NCBI GenBank assembly: GCA_913043225.1
Contig: CAJWLU010000002.1
Coordinates: 192,001-256,000, forward strand
From: an uncultured Acidobacteriota bacterium
GTDB lineage: Bacteria > Acidobacteriota > Vicinamibacteria > Vicinamibacterales > UBA8438
Direction of reading: 5' to 3'
Length of the DNA stretch: 64,000 nt
How positions within the stretch are numbered: the first letter of the stretch is position 1; each line of letters opens with the position of its first letter. Positions 45,670 through 55,332 of this stretch are shown piece by piece. The translations under genes and the position numbers were made by a program. The notes under the pieces were generated by a model. That model did not search any database. It saw only the letters and a program-made list of their open reading frames with translations, and was not told the origin of the DNA.

Positions 45670-46998
45670 ATGTACGAGGATTATTACCGTTTCCGTCGTC
45701 AGCCCTTCAGTCCGACCCCGGACCCAGAGTTCCTGTACAAGAGCGGCTCTCACCAGGAGGCGCTCGAGCAGCTCCTTCGCGGAGTGCGTCGCCGCGAGGG
45801 CATCCTACTGCTCAGCGGTGCCGTCGGGACTGGCAAGACGACCACAACCCGGGCGCTCTTGCAGTTTCTTGACCGTGACGTGTTCACTGCGCTGGTTCTG
45901 AATCCCTTCGTGACGGCGGATGAGCTGCTGCGGGTGCTGCTCCAGGACTTCGGTGTGGTGTCCGACGGGCGTACCCTGCAGGACGCCAGCCGACAGAGTC
46001 TGGTCGAGACCCTCAACCGATTCCTGCTCTCGCTGTCGACCGTTGGGGCGAGCGCGCTAGCCGTGGTCGACGAAGCACAGAACCTGCCGGCTGAGACTCT
46101 CGAGCAGTTGCGGGTGCTGACCACGCTGGAAACCGACCGCCAAAAGCTGTTGCAGATCCTGCTGGTCGGACAGCCGGAGCTGTTGACGGTGCTCGGCAGC
46201 TCCGAGATGCGTCCGCTGAATCAGCGAGTCGCCAGACGGTGCGAGCTCTTTCCTCTCAACCGGGACGAGGTCGAGAAGTACATCGAGTTCCGTATCCGGA
46301 TGGCGCAAGGGGCGTCGGAAACGATGTTCGTCGCACGTGCCATCGATCTCGTGTACCAGCTGAGCGAGGGCGTGCCCCGGAAGATCAACCTGATCTGCGA
46401 TCGGTCGCTCGAGGCTGGGTGCGCCGGGCTCAAGCCAACGATCGACGAGGTCATCGTGGCCAAGGCGGCCGAGGCCCTGGACCTAGCGGGAAGGGTTCCC
46501 ACTCTGGGGAGTGTGTCCCTGCCCACCGTCCGGAGCCCTGGCCGCCTCGGACCACAGACCCGCCGCATGCTGGCGGCAGCGGCGGGTGTGGTCGCCGGTG
46601 TCGGTTTCGCCGTGTTGCTCGCGGTCTACGGTCCAGAGGTCTTGAGCGGCCGCCCGGCCGTGTCGGGGCCCTCCCCCCAGCTGGCCCCCATCGAGTTGCC
46701 CCAGCCGATCGATCTGTCCACCGCGACTGACGCGGTGCTCGACGAGACGTATGTGCTGAGGACCGGCGTCTTCGAGACGACCGAGGCGGCAGAGGCGGGC
46801 GCGGAAATGCTGCGAGATCTCGGAGCGCCTGCGATTCTTGCGCCCGTGACCCTCAATGACGGCACGACGGGCCAGGCCATCTGGATTGGTCCCTACGCTT
46901 CTGAGGCGGATGCCGAGCAGCTCAGGTTGATCGTCACCGACCGGTACGGATTCGGCGACGTTCAGGTGGTTGCCGTGTTACTGCCGGACGCCCAGTAG
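45670..46998 (+). CDS. ExeA-like AAA ATPase with TM helix and C-terminal SPOR-like domain
   Basis: PFSPTPDP, GAVGTGKTT, VDEAQNL, LVGQPEL, GVPRKIN; IWIGPY. Confidence 0.85.
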   Translation: MYEDYYRFRRQPFSPTPDPEFLYKSGSHQEALEQLLRGVRRREGILLLSGAVGTGKTTTTRALLQFLDRDVFTALVLNPFVTADELLRVLLQDFGVVSDGRTLQDASRQSLVETLNRFLLSLSTVGASALAVVDEAQNLPAETLEQLRVLTTLETDRQKLLQILLVGQPELLTVLGSSEMRPLNQRVARRCELFPLNRDEVEKYIEFRIRMAQGASETMFVARAIDLVYQLSEGVPRKINLICDRSLEAGCAGLKPTIDEVIVAKAAEALDLAGRVPTLGSVSLPTVRSPGRLGPQTRRMLAAAAGVVAGVGFAVLLAVYGPEVLSGRPAVSGPSPQLAPIELPQPIDLSTATDAVLDETYVLRTGVFETTEAAEAGAEMLRDLGAPAILAPVTLNDGTTGQAIWIGPYASEADAEQLRLIVTDRYGFGDVQVVAVLLPDAQ

Positions 46999-47030
46999 CC
47001 CGTGCCCGCACGACCGCCCATGCGACGGCG

Positions 47031-48953
47031 CTACACATCGAGCGCGTCGGCGTCCTCGGCGTGGTCCATGATGAAGCGAAAACGCGCCGAGGCATCCCGT
47101 CCCATCAGGTCGCTGATGACCCGGTCGGTGTGGATCTGATCCGCGACTCCCACCCGAAGCAGCCGACGGGTCTTCGGGTTCAGGGTGGTGTTCCAGAGGA
47201 TCTTGGGCATCATCTCGCCGAGTCCCTTGAACCGCGTCACTTCGGCCCGTGCCCGGCCTTTACTCTTGCCGAGATCGGAGAGCACCTCGTTCTTCTGTCC
47301 ATCATCCAGGGCCCAGAAGGTCTCCTTTCCTGCGTCGATCCGGTAGAGCGGAGGCTGGGCGAGGTAGACCTTGCCGTTGGTGATGAGCTTGGGTAGATAC
47401 CGATAGAGGAAGGTCAGCAGTAGCGTGGCGATGTGATTGCCATCGGCGTCGGCGTCGGCCAGGATGATGAGTCGGTCGTAGCGCAGTTTGCTCAGCTCAA
47501 AGTTCTTGCCCATACCGCAGCCCAGGGCCGTGACGAGATCCGAGAGCTCCTTGTTCTCGAGCACCTTTGTCAGCGGTGCGTTCTCGACGTTGAGCACCTT
47601 ACCTCGCAGCGGTAGGATCGCTTGATGGATGCGGTTACGCCCTTGCTTGGCTGACCCGCCAGCCGAATCCCCTTCCACGACAAACAGTTCGCTTTCCGCC
47701 GTGCCCGGCGAGGTGCAGTCGCTCAGCTTGCCGGGTAGGTTCAGCCGGTTCGAGGTGGCGCTCTTGCGAGAGACCGCCTGCTGAGCGGCGCGACTGGCCG
47801 CCCGGGCGCGGGCCGCCAGAATAATTCGCGCGACGATGCCCTCGGCCACGCTGATGTTGTGGTTCAGCCAGTGCTCGAGCGAGGGCCGAACAAGTCCGTC
47901 GACCACCCCGGCCAGCTCAGGGTTGTTGAGCCGGTCCTTGGTCTGTCCCTGGAACTGCGGGTCGGAGATGAACACGCTCACCACCCCGGTCATGCCTTCC
48001 CGAATGTCGTCGGTGGTTAACGTGACCCCCTTCGGACTCAGCCCGTGGGTGTCGATGAAGTTCCGGATGGCCTTGCCGAGGCCCGCGCGCAGCCCGTTCT
48101 CGTGGGTGCCTCCCGAGGCGGTCGGGATGCCGTTGACATAGCTCCGCAGGTGTTCGTCGGTGGACTCGGTCCATTGGAGGACGAGATCCAGCCTTGACGA
48201 GCTGGCTTCGTGTTCGCGGGTTAGCGCGAACGGGACGGGATGGACCGGCGTGGCCTCTCGGGTTTCGAGAATCTTGCCGAGAAAGTCCGACAGTCCTTCG
48301 TCGTGCTTGAATGTCTCGGTGCGTCCGGCCGCTTCGTCCTCGAACACGACGGTCACGCCGCGGTGCAGGTAGCTGGCGATCTCCAGTCGTTCGGCAATCA
48401 GGTCGGCGTCGAAAGCGGTCTTCGGAAAGATCGTGGGGTCGGGTCTGAAGAAGACGGTGGTGCCGGCGCCACGCGCCGCGCTGACCCGCTTCAGCTTGGT
48501 CGTCGGTTTGCCCTGGGCGAAGCGCTGTTCCCAACGGGCACCCTCGCGCTTCGAGGTGGCGACGAGCTCTTTCGAGAGGGCGTTCACGACGCTCGCCCCC
48601 ACCCCGTGCAGGCCGCCCGCCGTGCGATAGGTGCGATGCTCGAACTTGCCTCCTGCATGCAGGGTCGTGAAGATGACCTCCAGGGCGCTCTTGCGAGTTT
48701 TCTTGTGGGTGTCCACCGGAATGCCGCGGCCGTCGTCCGAGATCGTGACTGACGTCCCGTCGGTGTGCAGCGTCACTCCGATCCGGGTCGCATGGCCGTT
48801 CATTGCCTCGTCGACCGCGTTGTCCATTACCTCCCAGACCAGATGGTGGAGTCCGGCCGGACCCACGCCGCCGATGTACATGCCGGGGCGACGGCGGACC
48901 GGTTCCAGGCCCTCCAGAACGGTGATGTCCTTCGCTGTATAGCTCTTCTCCAT
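47031..48953 (-). CDS. parE: Type IIA topoisomerase subunit B (topoisomerase IV-like)
   Basis: LEGLEPVRRRPGMY, DNAVDE, HAGGKF, VEGDSAGG, PLRGK, DADADG, RFKGLGEM. Confidence 0.8.
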   Translation of the reverse strand: MEKSYTAKDITVLEGLEPVRRRPGMYIGGVGPAGLHHLVWEVMDNAVDEAMNGHATRIGVTLHTDGTSVTISDDGRGIPVDTHKKTRKSALEVIFTTLHAGGKFEHRTYRTAGGLHGVGASVVNALSKELVATSKREGARWEQRFAQGKPTTKLKRVSAARGAGTTVFFRPDPTIFPKTAFDADLIAERLEIASYLHRGVTVVFEDEAAGRTETFKHDEGLSDFLGKILETREATPVHPVPFALTREHEASSSRLDLVLQWTESTDEHLRSYVNGIPTASGGTHENGLRAGLGKAIRNFIDTHGLSPKGVTLTTDDIREGMTGVVSVFISDPQFQGQTKDRLNNPELAGVVDGLVRPSLEHWLNHNISVAEGIVARIILAARARAASRAAQQAVSRKSATSNRLNLPGKLSDCTSPGTAESELFVVEGDSAGGSAKQGRNRIHQAILPLRGKVLNVENAPLTKVLENKELSDLVTALGCGMGKNFELSKLRYDRLIILADADADGNHIATLLLTFLYRYLPKLITNGKVYLAQPPLYRIDAGKETFWALDDGQKNEVLSDLGKSKGRARAEVTRFKGLGEMMPKILWNTTLNPKTRRLLRVGVADQIHTDRVISDLMGRDASARFRFIMDHAEDADALDV

Positions 48954-49102
48954 GCCTGTTTCAGCGTTCTACGAAGGCGGGCTGGGCGGCCGCCGGAGGG
49001 GGGATCACGCTGACCGGACAGCAGTGTAGCATGCCGACTTTCGTCCTATATTCGTCATGTGCAGCTGTTACTCATCACGCTGCGCGGCCCGCCGGAGCGA
49101 AG

Positions 49103-49130
49103 CCCCCTGGACGTCTAGCCGTCCAGGGGG
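49103..49130. other. Perfect 11-bp inverted repeat with the parC stop codon in its loop
   Basis: CCCCCTGGACG-tctagc-CGTCCAGGGGG. Confidence 0.7.
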
Positions 49131-51511
49131 GATACGGCCACGGGGGCGGAGACGACTTTGCTGAACTGTCCCCGCTGGAGCAGTTCCCGTCCCTTCCCTC
49201 CTCGGCCGGTCACGCCATACTTTGCGGTGGAGATTGTCTGGCTGGCGCCCCGATTTGTCTCGACGGTCAGTAGGTCCCGATCACCGGTGGAGGCTATGAA
49301 CCCCAGGACTCGGTCGGTACCCCGGGGCAGCTTGACGAGGATGACCCCCTTGCCGGGGCCGGAGAGGAAGTTGATCTCAGCGGCCGGGCAGAGCATTGCT
49401 CTGGCCTGGGCGGTGGCGGTGATGATGGTTTCCTCACCGGAGGTCCAGGCCACGTCGACCACCTCGGCGCCCCCCGCCGGGCGCGCGTAGCGCCGACCGG
49501 CACGCGTGCTCGGCTCGATGAACGTCTCGAGCCCAAAGCGCAGCGCGTAGCCGTCGGTGGTGACGGCGATTGCATGACGAGCCGGCTCGTCGCCCGCCCG
49601 CCGCGGGGTGATGTTCCTGGCCACCCTGGGGTCGAGGCTGAAGGCAGCCACGATCCGCTCACGGTCCTTGAGTTTGAAGCGTCGCTGAATCGGCTCACCG
49701 TGTCCGGTGGTGGCTGGGATGTCGGCAATGCGCGCCGTGTAGGCGACGCCGAAGTTCGAGAAGAAGACACAGGTGGCTCGAGTGCTTCCGGTGAGCGCTG
49801 CCAGTAGCGAGTCGCCCTCTCGCAGACGGGTCGTGGTGACGTCCTTTACCTCCTTCTGTCGCTTCACCCACCCATCGGTGGTGACGAGTACGATGGCGTC
49901 TTCGGCGACGATGAAGTCGTCGGCGGTGTAATCAACTTCTTGCTCGGCCGGCTGGATGATCGTGCGGCGCATGTCGGTTTTGCCCTTGCCGTAGGTCTGC
50001 TGAACCTCCTTTATCTCGTCGCGCACGATGGCCCAGCGCTTCGGCTCGCTCTTGAGCAGACCGCCGATCTGGCGGGACCGTCTCCGCTTTTCTTTCAGCT
50101 CCTCCCGGATGATCAGGATCTCGAGCCGGGCCAGTCGATAGACCTTCAGCTCGAGGATGGCGTCGGTCTGTTCGGCGTCGAGAGGAAAGCGCTTCATCAG
50201 CTTCGCCGCCGCGTCCGCTTTGCCATCCGACTTTCGTACGATCCGTAGCACCTCATCGAGAGTGTCGAAGACGGTCTCGAAGCCTTCCAGGATATGGATC
50301 CGCCGGGCCAGGTCGGCCATCTCATGCTCGAGACGCCGGGTCACCACGTCGAGACGGAAGCGGAGGAAATGCCAGAGCAGCTCGTGGAGTCCCAGGCGCT
50401 CGGGACGGCCGATGTCTTCCTGTCCGGTCGGTACCAGGCAGGTGAGGTTCACCGCGAAGTTCGTTTGGAGTGGGGTGTGGCGGAACAGATACGCCATCAC
50501 CATTTGTTCGTCGGCGTCGCGCTTGAGCTCAAGCACGATGCGCACGTCGTCGGTGGACTGGTCGTTGACGTCGACCAGCGGCGGGAGCTTTCGGGCGACG
50601 ATTACCTCGGCGATCCGCTCGACGAGCTGCCCCTTGTTCGTCGCATATGGAATGCTGGTGATCTGGATCGTCTTGCCTCCGCGGGTGGTTGGTCCCTGCT
50701 CCCAGGTGGCTCGCAGCCGGATGCTGCCGCTCCCGGTCTTGTAGATCTGCTTGAGCTCGTCGGGTGTGTTCAGTACCTGGCCGCCGGTCGGGAAGTCGGG
50801 ACCCTTGACGTACCGACAGAGCCGCTCGCTGCTCAGCTCCGGGTTGTCCAGTAGTTTGAGGAGCGCAGTGCAGACCTCGCCGATGTGGTGCGGTGGGATG
50901 TTGGTGGCCATCCCCACCGCGATGCCGGTCGTTCCATTGATCAGTAGGTTGGGGAGTCGCGCCGGGAGGACGACCGGTTCTTGGCGGGTGCCGTCGTAGT
51001 TGGGCCGAAACGGCACCGTATCCTGTTCGATCTCTCCCAGTAGGTCGGCGCTCGGTGTAGCCAGCCGGCACTCCGTGTAGCGCATGGCGGCCGCCGCGTC
51101 CCCGTCGAGGGACCCGAAATTGCCATGACCGTCGACCAGCGGATAACGCAAGGCGAAGGGCTGGGCCATCCTGACAAGCGTGTCGTAGAGTGCCGTATCG
51201 CCGTGTGGGTGGTAGCTGCCCATCACGTCGCCCACAACCTTGGCCGACTTGCGCGGCTTGGCGTCGGCGCGCAAGCGCTGCTCCCACATCGTGTAGAGAA
51301 TCCGCCGCTGCACCGGCTTCAGTCCGTCCCGCACGTCTGGCAGCGCGCGTGAGGTGATGACCGACAGTGCGTAGTTGAGGTAGCGCGACTCTGCCGCGTC
51401 GATGAGCTCTACGCTCGGTTCGCGGGTCTCCGCCGCGGACTGGTCGCCGTCGGTCTCAGAGGTCGGGGAATCGAACAGCGGCGCCGTTCGGCGCCCTCGT
51501 TGTTTCGCCAT
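49115..51511 (-). CDS. parC: Type IIA topoisomerase subunit A (topoisomerase IV-like)
   Basis: [29 protein letters not shown]; no GyrA box at start of CTD; TAATG coupling at 51511. Confidence 0.8.
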   Translation of the reverse strand: MAKQRGRRTAPLFDSPTSETDGDQSAAETREPSVELIDAAESRYLNYALSVITSRALPDVRDGLKPVQRRILYTMWEQRLRADAKPRKSAKVVGDVMGSYHPHGDTALYDTLVRMAQPFALRYPLVDGHGNFGSLDGDAAAAMRYTECRLATPSADLLGEIEQDTVPFRPNYDGTRQEPVVLPARLPNLLINGTTGIAVGMATNIPPHHIGEVCTALLKLLDNPELSSERLCRYVKGPDFPTGGQVLNTPDELKQIYKTGSGSIRLRATWEQGPTTRGGKTIQITSIPYATNKGQLVERIAEVIVARKLPPLVDVNDQSTDDVRIVLELKRDADEQMVMAYLFRHTPLQTNFAVNLTCLVPTGQEDIGRPERLGLHELLWHFLRFRLDVVTRRLEHEMADLARRIHILEGFETVFDTLDEVLRIVRKSDGKADAAAKLMKRFPLDAEQTDAILELKVYRLARLEILIIREELKEKRRRSRQIGGLLKSEPKRWAIVRDEIKEVQQTYGKGKTDMRRTIIQPAEQEVDYTADDFIVAEDAIVLVTTDGWVKRQKEVKDVTTTRLREGDSLLAALTGSTRATCVFFSNFGVAYTARIADIPATTGHGEPIQRRFKLKDRERIVAAFSLDPRVARNITPRRAGDEPARHAIAVTTDGYALRFGLETFIEPSTRAGRRYARPAGGAEVVDVAWTSGEETIITATAQARAMLCPAAEINFLSGPGKGVILVKLPRGTDRVLGFIASTGDRDLLTVETNRGASQTISTAKYGVTGRGGKGRELLQRGQFSKVVSAPVAVSPLDG

Positions 51512-52206
51512 TACGGTCTCGGGGTCCATCTTGGCTCGGACAGCCCGGGTTCAGGGGAATCGGTGCCTGAGGCGTCGAGCCGCAGCAGCTGCACGAGTTC
51601 GCTGAGGACCATCGCGGTGGCGCCCCAGACCCGCTCACCGCACAGTGCGAAGAACGGCACCGTAATCGTTTCGCTCCCGCGCCACAACCACCCCGGACGA
51701 AGACTGTGCGGAGACAGCAGATCGTCGAGGGCCACCTCCAGAATATGGGCCACCTCGTGGGCGGATGCGAGTAGTGATGGGCGTTCGGAGAGCATGCCGA
51801 GCACCGGATACAGCGCGAAGTTCGAGACCGGGATGTAGAGCGGCGTCAGCCGGCCCAGTACCCGTAGCCCGTCGCCGTCAAGCCCGATCTCCTCGTATGC
51901 CTCACGGAGTGCGGCCCGCTCGATCGTCTCACCGTCGTCCACGGTGCCTCCCGGCAACGAAATCTGGCCGGCGTGGGTTCCGAGCGACCCGGCTCGTCGG
52001 GTCAGACAGACGTGTGCACGGTTGCCAATCGGGTAGAGGAGCAGTAGCGCGGCTGCGGTTCGCGACCCTTCGGGGATGACCCCTGCTTGCCAGCCAACAC
52101 GGGGACGAGGGGCCATCCGGGAATGCGCGTCGGGGCAGGGACCAGGGTCTCTGAGAGCGGAACGGAGGCGCGCTTCAATCTGATAAAGTGTCGGAGTAGT
52201 ATCCAC
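51511..52206 (-). CDS. CoA pyrophosphatase, NUDIX family
   Basis: [37 protein letters not shown]. Confidence 0.88.
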   Translation of the reverse strand: MDTTPTLYQIEARLRSALRDPGPCPDAHSRMAPRPRVGWQAGVIPEGSRTAAALLLLYPIGNRAHVCLTRRAGSLGTHAGQISLPGGTVDDGETIERAALREAYEEIGLDGDGLRVLGRLTPLYIPVSNFALYPVLGMLSERPSLLASAHEVAHILEVALDDLLSPHSLRPGWLWRGSETITVPFFALCGERVWGATAMVLSELVQLLRLDASGTDSPEPGLSEPRWTPRP

Positions 52207-52262
52207 GATCGGAACTTGATCCTATCGCGTCTGCCGATGGTGTCTGTATTCGGTCCAACCGT

Positions 52263-53723
52263 ATGACAGACTCCGAGCCTGTTCGACAGCCGATAGAGGA
52301 TCCCCCTACCGAGACAGACGCTCCCCAAGAACAGACGTTCGACCGTTCCATCGTCGAGGGGCCTCTGGGCCGTGCGGTTTGGCATCTCGCCTGGCCCACG
52401 ATGGTGCAGAACGTCATCGGCGGTCTGCAGGGCATCATCGACCAGGCGATGGTCGGCAACTATGTTGGCCATACCGGAAACGCCGCCATCGGCGTCAGCC
52501 TGCAGATCTTCATCCTGGTGATCGTCTTCGTGGCGTCGGTGTTTACCGGCATGGGCGTGCTGGTCGCCAGGTTTGCCGGCGCTGGCGACCCGGAGAAGGT
52601 CAACCGCGCCGTCTATCAGGCGTTCATCGTCGCGTTGTTCCTTGCCGTGGGCGTGATGGCGCCGGTCGGATACTGGGCGGCGCCGACGCTACTGACGATG
52701 ATCAACGCCGCGCCCGAGGTGCAGGTCGAGGCGCTGCCCTACATCCGGATCATGTTCGTGTTCAGCTTCGGCATGCTGATGTTTTTCATGTTCAGCGGCG
52801 CGCTCAGAGCCGCCGGTGACGCTAAGACGCCGATGCGTCTCGGCATCTTCATGACCACTTTGAACATCACGCTGAACATCATACTCATTCGGGGGCTGGG
52901 GCCGATTCCGGCGTTCGGTACCACCGGTGCGGCGATGGGCACGGCGATCGCCAGCGGGGTGACTGGCCTGGTGTTTATCTGGCTGCTGTTCTCCAGCCGT
53001 CTGGTGATCCACTTCTCCAGGACGATGTCCTATCGGCCCGACTGGAGCGTCATCCGGCAGCTGTTTAAGTTCGGTCTGCCGGCCGGGTTCCAGGGTATCG
53101 CCATGAACCTGGGAGGCGTGCTGATGCTCCGTTTCATCGGTTCGCTGACCTACAGCGCTGAGGCGCAGGCCGCTTACGCTGTTGGCTACACCGAGCTCTT
53201 TTCGCTGATCACCTGGACGTCGGTGGGGCTGATGGGGGCGACCGCCGCAGTGGCCGGGCAGAACCTCGGCGCCGGGTATCCTGAGCGGAGCCTCAGGTCG
53301 GTCCACGTGGCGTCGCTCATCGGCCTCTTGGTCGCGGTGGTGGTCGGGCTGCTCTTCCTCGCCATCCCGCGGACTTTGCTCGGCCTGTTCGGCATGGAGG
53401 AAGGTGTGGTCGTCGAGGTCGGCGTGCAACTGCTGGGCTACCTCGCGGTCTCCGGACTGTTCATCACCGTGGCCCTCGTCTATACCGGCGGTCTCCAAGG
53501 GACCGGCGACACTCGCAGCCCCCTCTACATCTCGATCGTGTCGCAAGTCATCGTCCCGCTGGGCACCTGCGCAGTCGTGCAGGCGGTCTACGGGCTCGAG
53601 GTACAGCACATCTGGACCGCCATCGTGATCGGACACATGACGCGTTGCGGTCTCAGCGTGATACGGTTCCGCCAAGGTAAGTGGCGGGAGATCAAGGTCG
53701 AGATCGGTCCCGCCTCAGCTTGA
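52263..53723 (+). CDS. MATE family efflux transporter / flippase
   Basis: LAWP, GALRAAGDAKTP, GQNLGAG, GTGDTRSP; about 12 TM. Confidence 0.9.
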   Translation: MTDSEPVRQPIEDPPTETDAPQEQTFDRSIVEGPLGRAVWHLAWPTMVQNVIGGLQGIIDQAMVGNYVGHTGNAAIGVSLQIFILVIVFVASVFTGMGVLVARFAGAGDPEKVNRAVYQAFIVALFLAVGVMAPVGYWAAPTLLTMINAAPEVQVEALPYIRIMFVFSFGMLMFFMFSGALRAAGDAKTPMRLGIFMTTLNITLNIILIRGLGPIPAFGTTGAAMGTAIASGVTGLVFIWLLFSSRLVIHFSRTMSYRPDWSVIRQLFKFGLPAGFQGIAMNLGGVLMLRFIGSLTYSAEAQAAYAVGYTELFSLITWTSVGLMGATAAVAGQNLGAGYPERSLRSVHVASLIGLLVAVVVGLLFLAIPRTLLGLFGMEEGVVVEVGVQLLGYLAVSGLFITVALVYTGGLQGTGDTRSPLYISIVSQVIVPLGTCAVVQAVYGLEVQHIWTAIVIGHMTRCGLSVIRFRQGKWREIKVEIGPASA

Positions 53724-53760
53724 CGGCAGTCGCCTGTGACCCGGGCCGTCAACGTTCGAC

Positions 53761-54903
53761 ATGGCAGACTCCCGCGACCACCTGTCCACCTTGGCGGCCC
53801 AGGCGCTGGGCTGGATCGACGAGACCACTCGAGCGGTGGTGCCGCCGATTCATCCGTCGGCCACCTACGAACGGGCTCCGGACGGCAGCTACCCCGGGGG
53901 ACGGACCTACACGCGGGATCACAACCCGACCTACGATCAGACCGAGACGCTACTGGCGCGCCTCGAGGGTGGGGAAGCTGCCCTTCTGTTCAGCTCGGGA
54001 ATGGCCGCGGCCACCACCTTCCTTGAAACTCTCGACCCGGGTGCACATGTCATTGCGCCCCGTCACATGTACTGGACGATTCGCCGGTGGCTCGAGGAGC
54101 TGGCCGAGCGCGATCGCATTGCGCTTGACCTTGTCCCCGCCGGCGATCTCGGGGTTCTTGAGCGTGCGTTGCAACCGGGTCGGACCGCAGTCGTCTGGGT
54201 AGAAACCCCGGCGAACCCGACTGGTGAGGTGACTGACATCGCCGCCACCGTACGGCTTGCTCATGCGGCCGGAGCAAGGGTGGTCGTTGATTCGACAGTG
54301 GCGACGCCCGTGCTCTGCAGGCCGTTGTCGCATGGCGCCGATCTGGTACTCCATTCAGCTACCAAGCAGTTGAACGGTCATGCCGATGTGCTGGCCGGCG
54401 TGCTCGTGACGGCCCGCCGGGATGACGGGTGGGAGCGGATCGCCCACGACCGGGGTTACCGGGGAGCGGTGCTGGGTCCGTTCGAGTGCTGGCTGCTCTT
54501 GCGTGGGATGCGCACGCTGTTTCTGCGGGTGTCGCGGTCGGCGGAGACCGCGCTGCGGATCGCCGAATGGCTCGACGCGCAGTCGACAGTTGCCGAGGTT
54601 TTCTATCCGGGCCTCGTTACCCATCCGGGCCACGAGATCGCGGCTCGGCAGATGGTGGGTGGCTTTGGGATGATGGTCTCGTTCCGACCGCATGGGGGTG
54701 CAGCCGGGGCTCGCCAGGTCGCGGGCCGGTTGCGGCTGTTCAAGAATGCCACATCGCTTGGTGGTGTTGAGAGTCTGGTCGAGCATCGGGCTCCGGTCGA
54801 GGGGCCTGGTACCCCGGTGCCCGATGACCTGCTCCGGTTGTCGGTCGGAATCGAGGCAGTTGAGGACCTGATCGCGGATCTGGTGTCCGCGTTGCGGGAA
54901 TAG
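53761..54903 (+). CDS. Cys/Met metabolism PLP-dependent enzyme (cystathionine gamma-synthase-like)
   Basis: SSGMAA, ETPANP, HSATKQLNGH, SLGGVESL, LRLSVGIE. Confidence 0.88.
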   Translation: MADSRDHLSTLAAQALGWIDETTRAVVPPIHPSATYERAPDGSYPGGRTYTRDHNPTYDQTETLLARLEGGEAALLFSSGMAAATTFLETLDPGAHVIAPRHMYWTIRRWLEELAERDRIALDLVPAGDLGVLERALQPGRTAVVWVETPANPTGEVTDIAATVRLAHAAGARVVVDSTVATPVLCRPLSHGADLVLHSATKQLNGHADVLAGVLVTARRDDGWERIAHDRGYRGAVLGPFECWLLLRGMRTLFLRVSRSAETALRIAEWLDAQSTVAEVFYPGLVTHPGHEIAARQMVGGFGMMVSFRPHGGAAGARQVAGRLRLFKNATSLGGVESLVEHRAPVEGPGTPVPDDLLRLSVGIEAVEDLIADLVSALRE

Positions 54904-54916
54904 GGCTCCGGCCACG

Positions 54917-54991
54917 ATGACTGGTTCCGAGCTCCAGCTCACCATCCGGGAAGCCACTGCGGCGGATGTGCCGCTGGTGCTGATTTCCTAG
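54917..54991 (+). pseudogene. N-terminal stub of a GNAT acetyltransferase
   Basis: MTGSELQLTIREATAADVPLVLIS*. Confidence 0.45.
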
Positions 54992-55332
54992 CCTGCCCTG
55001 GGTCGTCTCAGGCCCGGCGTCGCCAGCCAGATCCCGAGGGCGGTTGCGGTCGCCACGCTGCACCATCGGACTGTCAGGCGCCGACCGTCGATCCGTGACT
55101 CCCACCGTCTCAACGGCAGACCCTGGTAGGTCGGTAGACCACGACGTCTGGGATGGTTCCCGTCGTCGGCCGCGTCGGGGCGAACTGGGGTGCCGACCGT
55201 GATCAACGCGCTGCTAGCTGCCACCCGGAACTCGGGATCGTCGACCCGCACATGCATCCAGGGCGGCACTAGTCCGACGAGACTGAAGGTCACCATGCCG
55301 AGGCTGAGGATCACGTGTTGGGTGGTCGTCAT
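54988..55332 (-). CDS. Hypothetical two-TM protein
   Basis: 114 aa; GLVPPW and IDGRRL flanked by hydrophobic helices; ATGA overlap. Confidence 0.55.
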   Translation of the reverse strand: MTTTQHVILSLGMVTFSLVGLVPPWMHVRVDDPEFRVAASSALITVGTPVRPDAADDGNHPRRRGLPTYQGLPLRRWESRIDGRRLTVRWCSVATATALGIWLATPGLRRPRAG

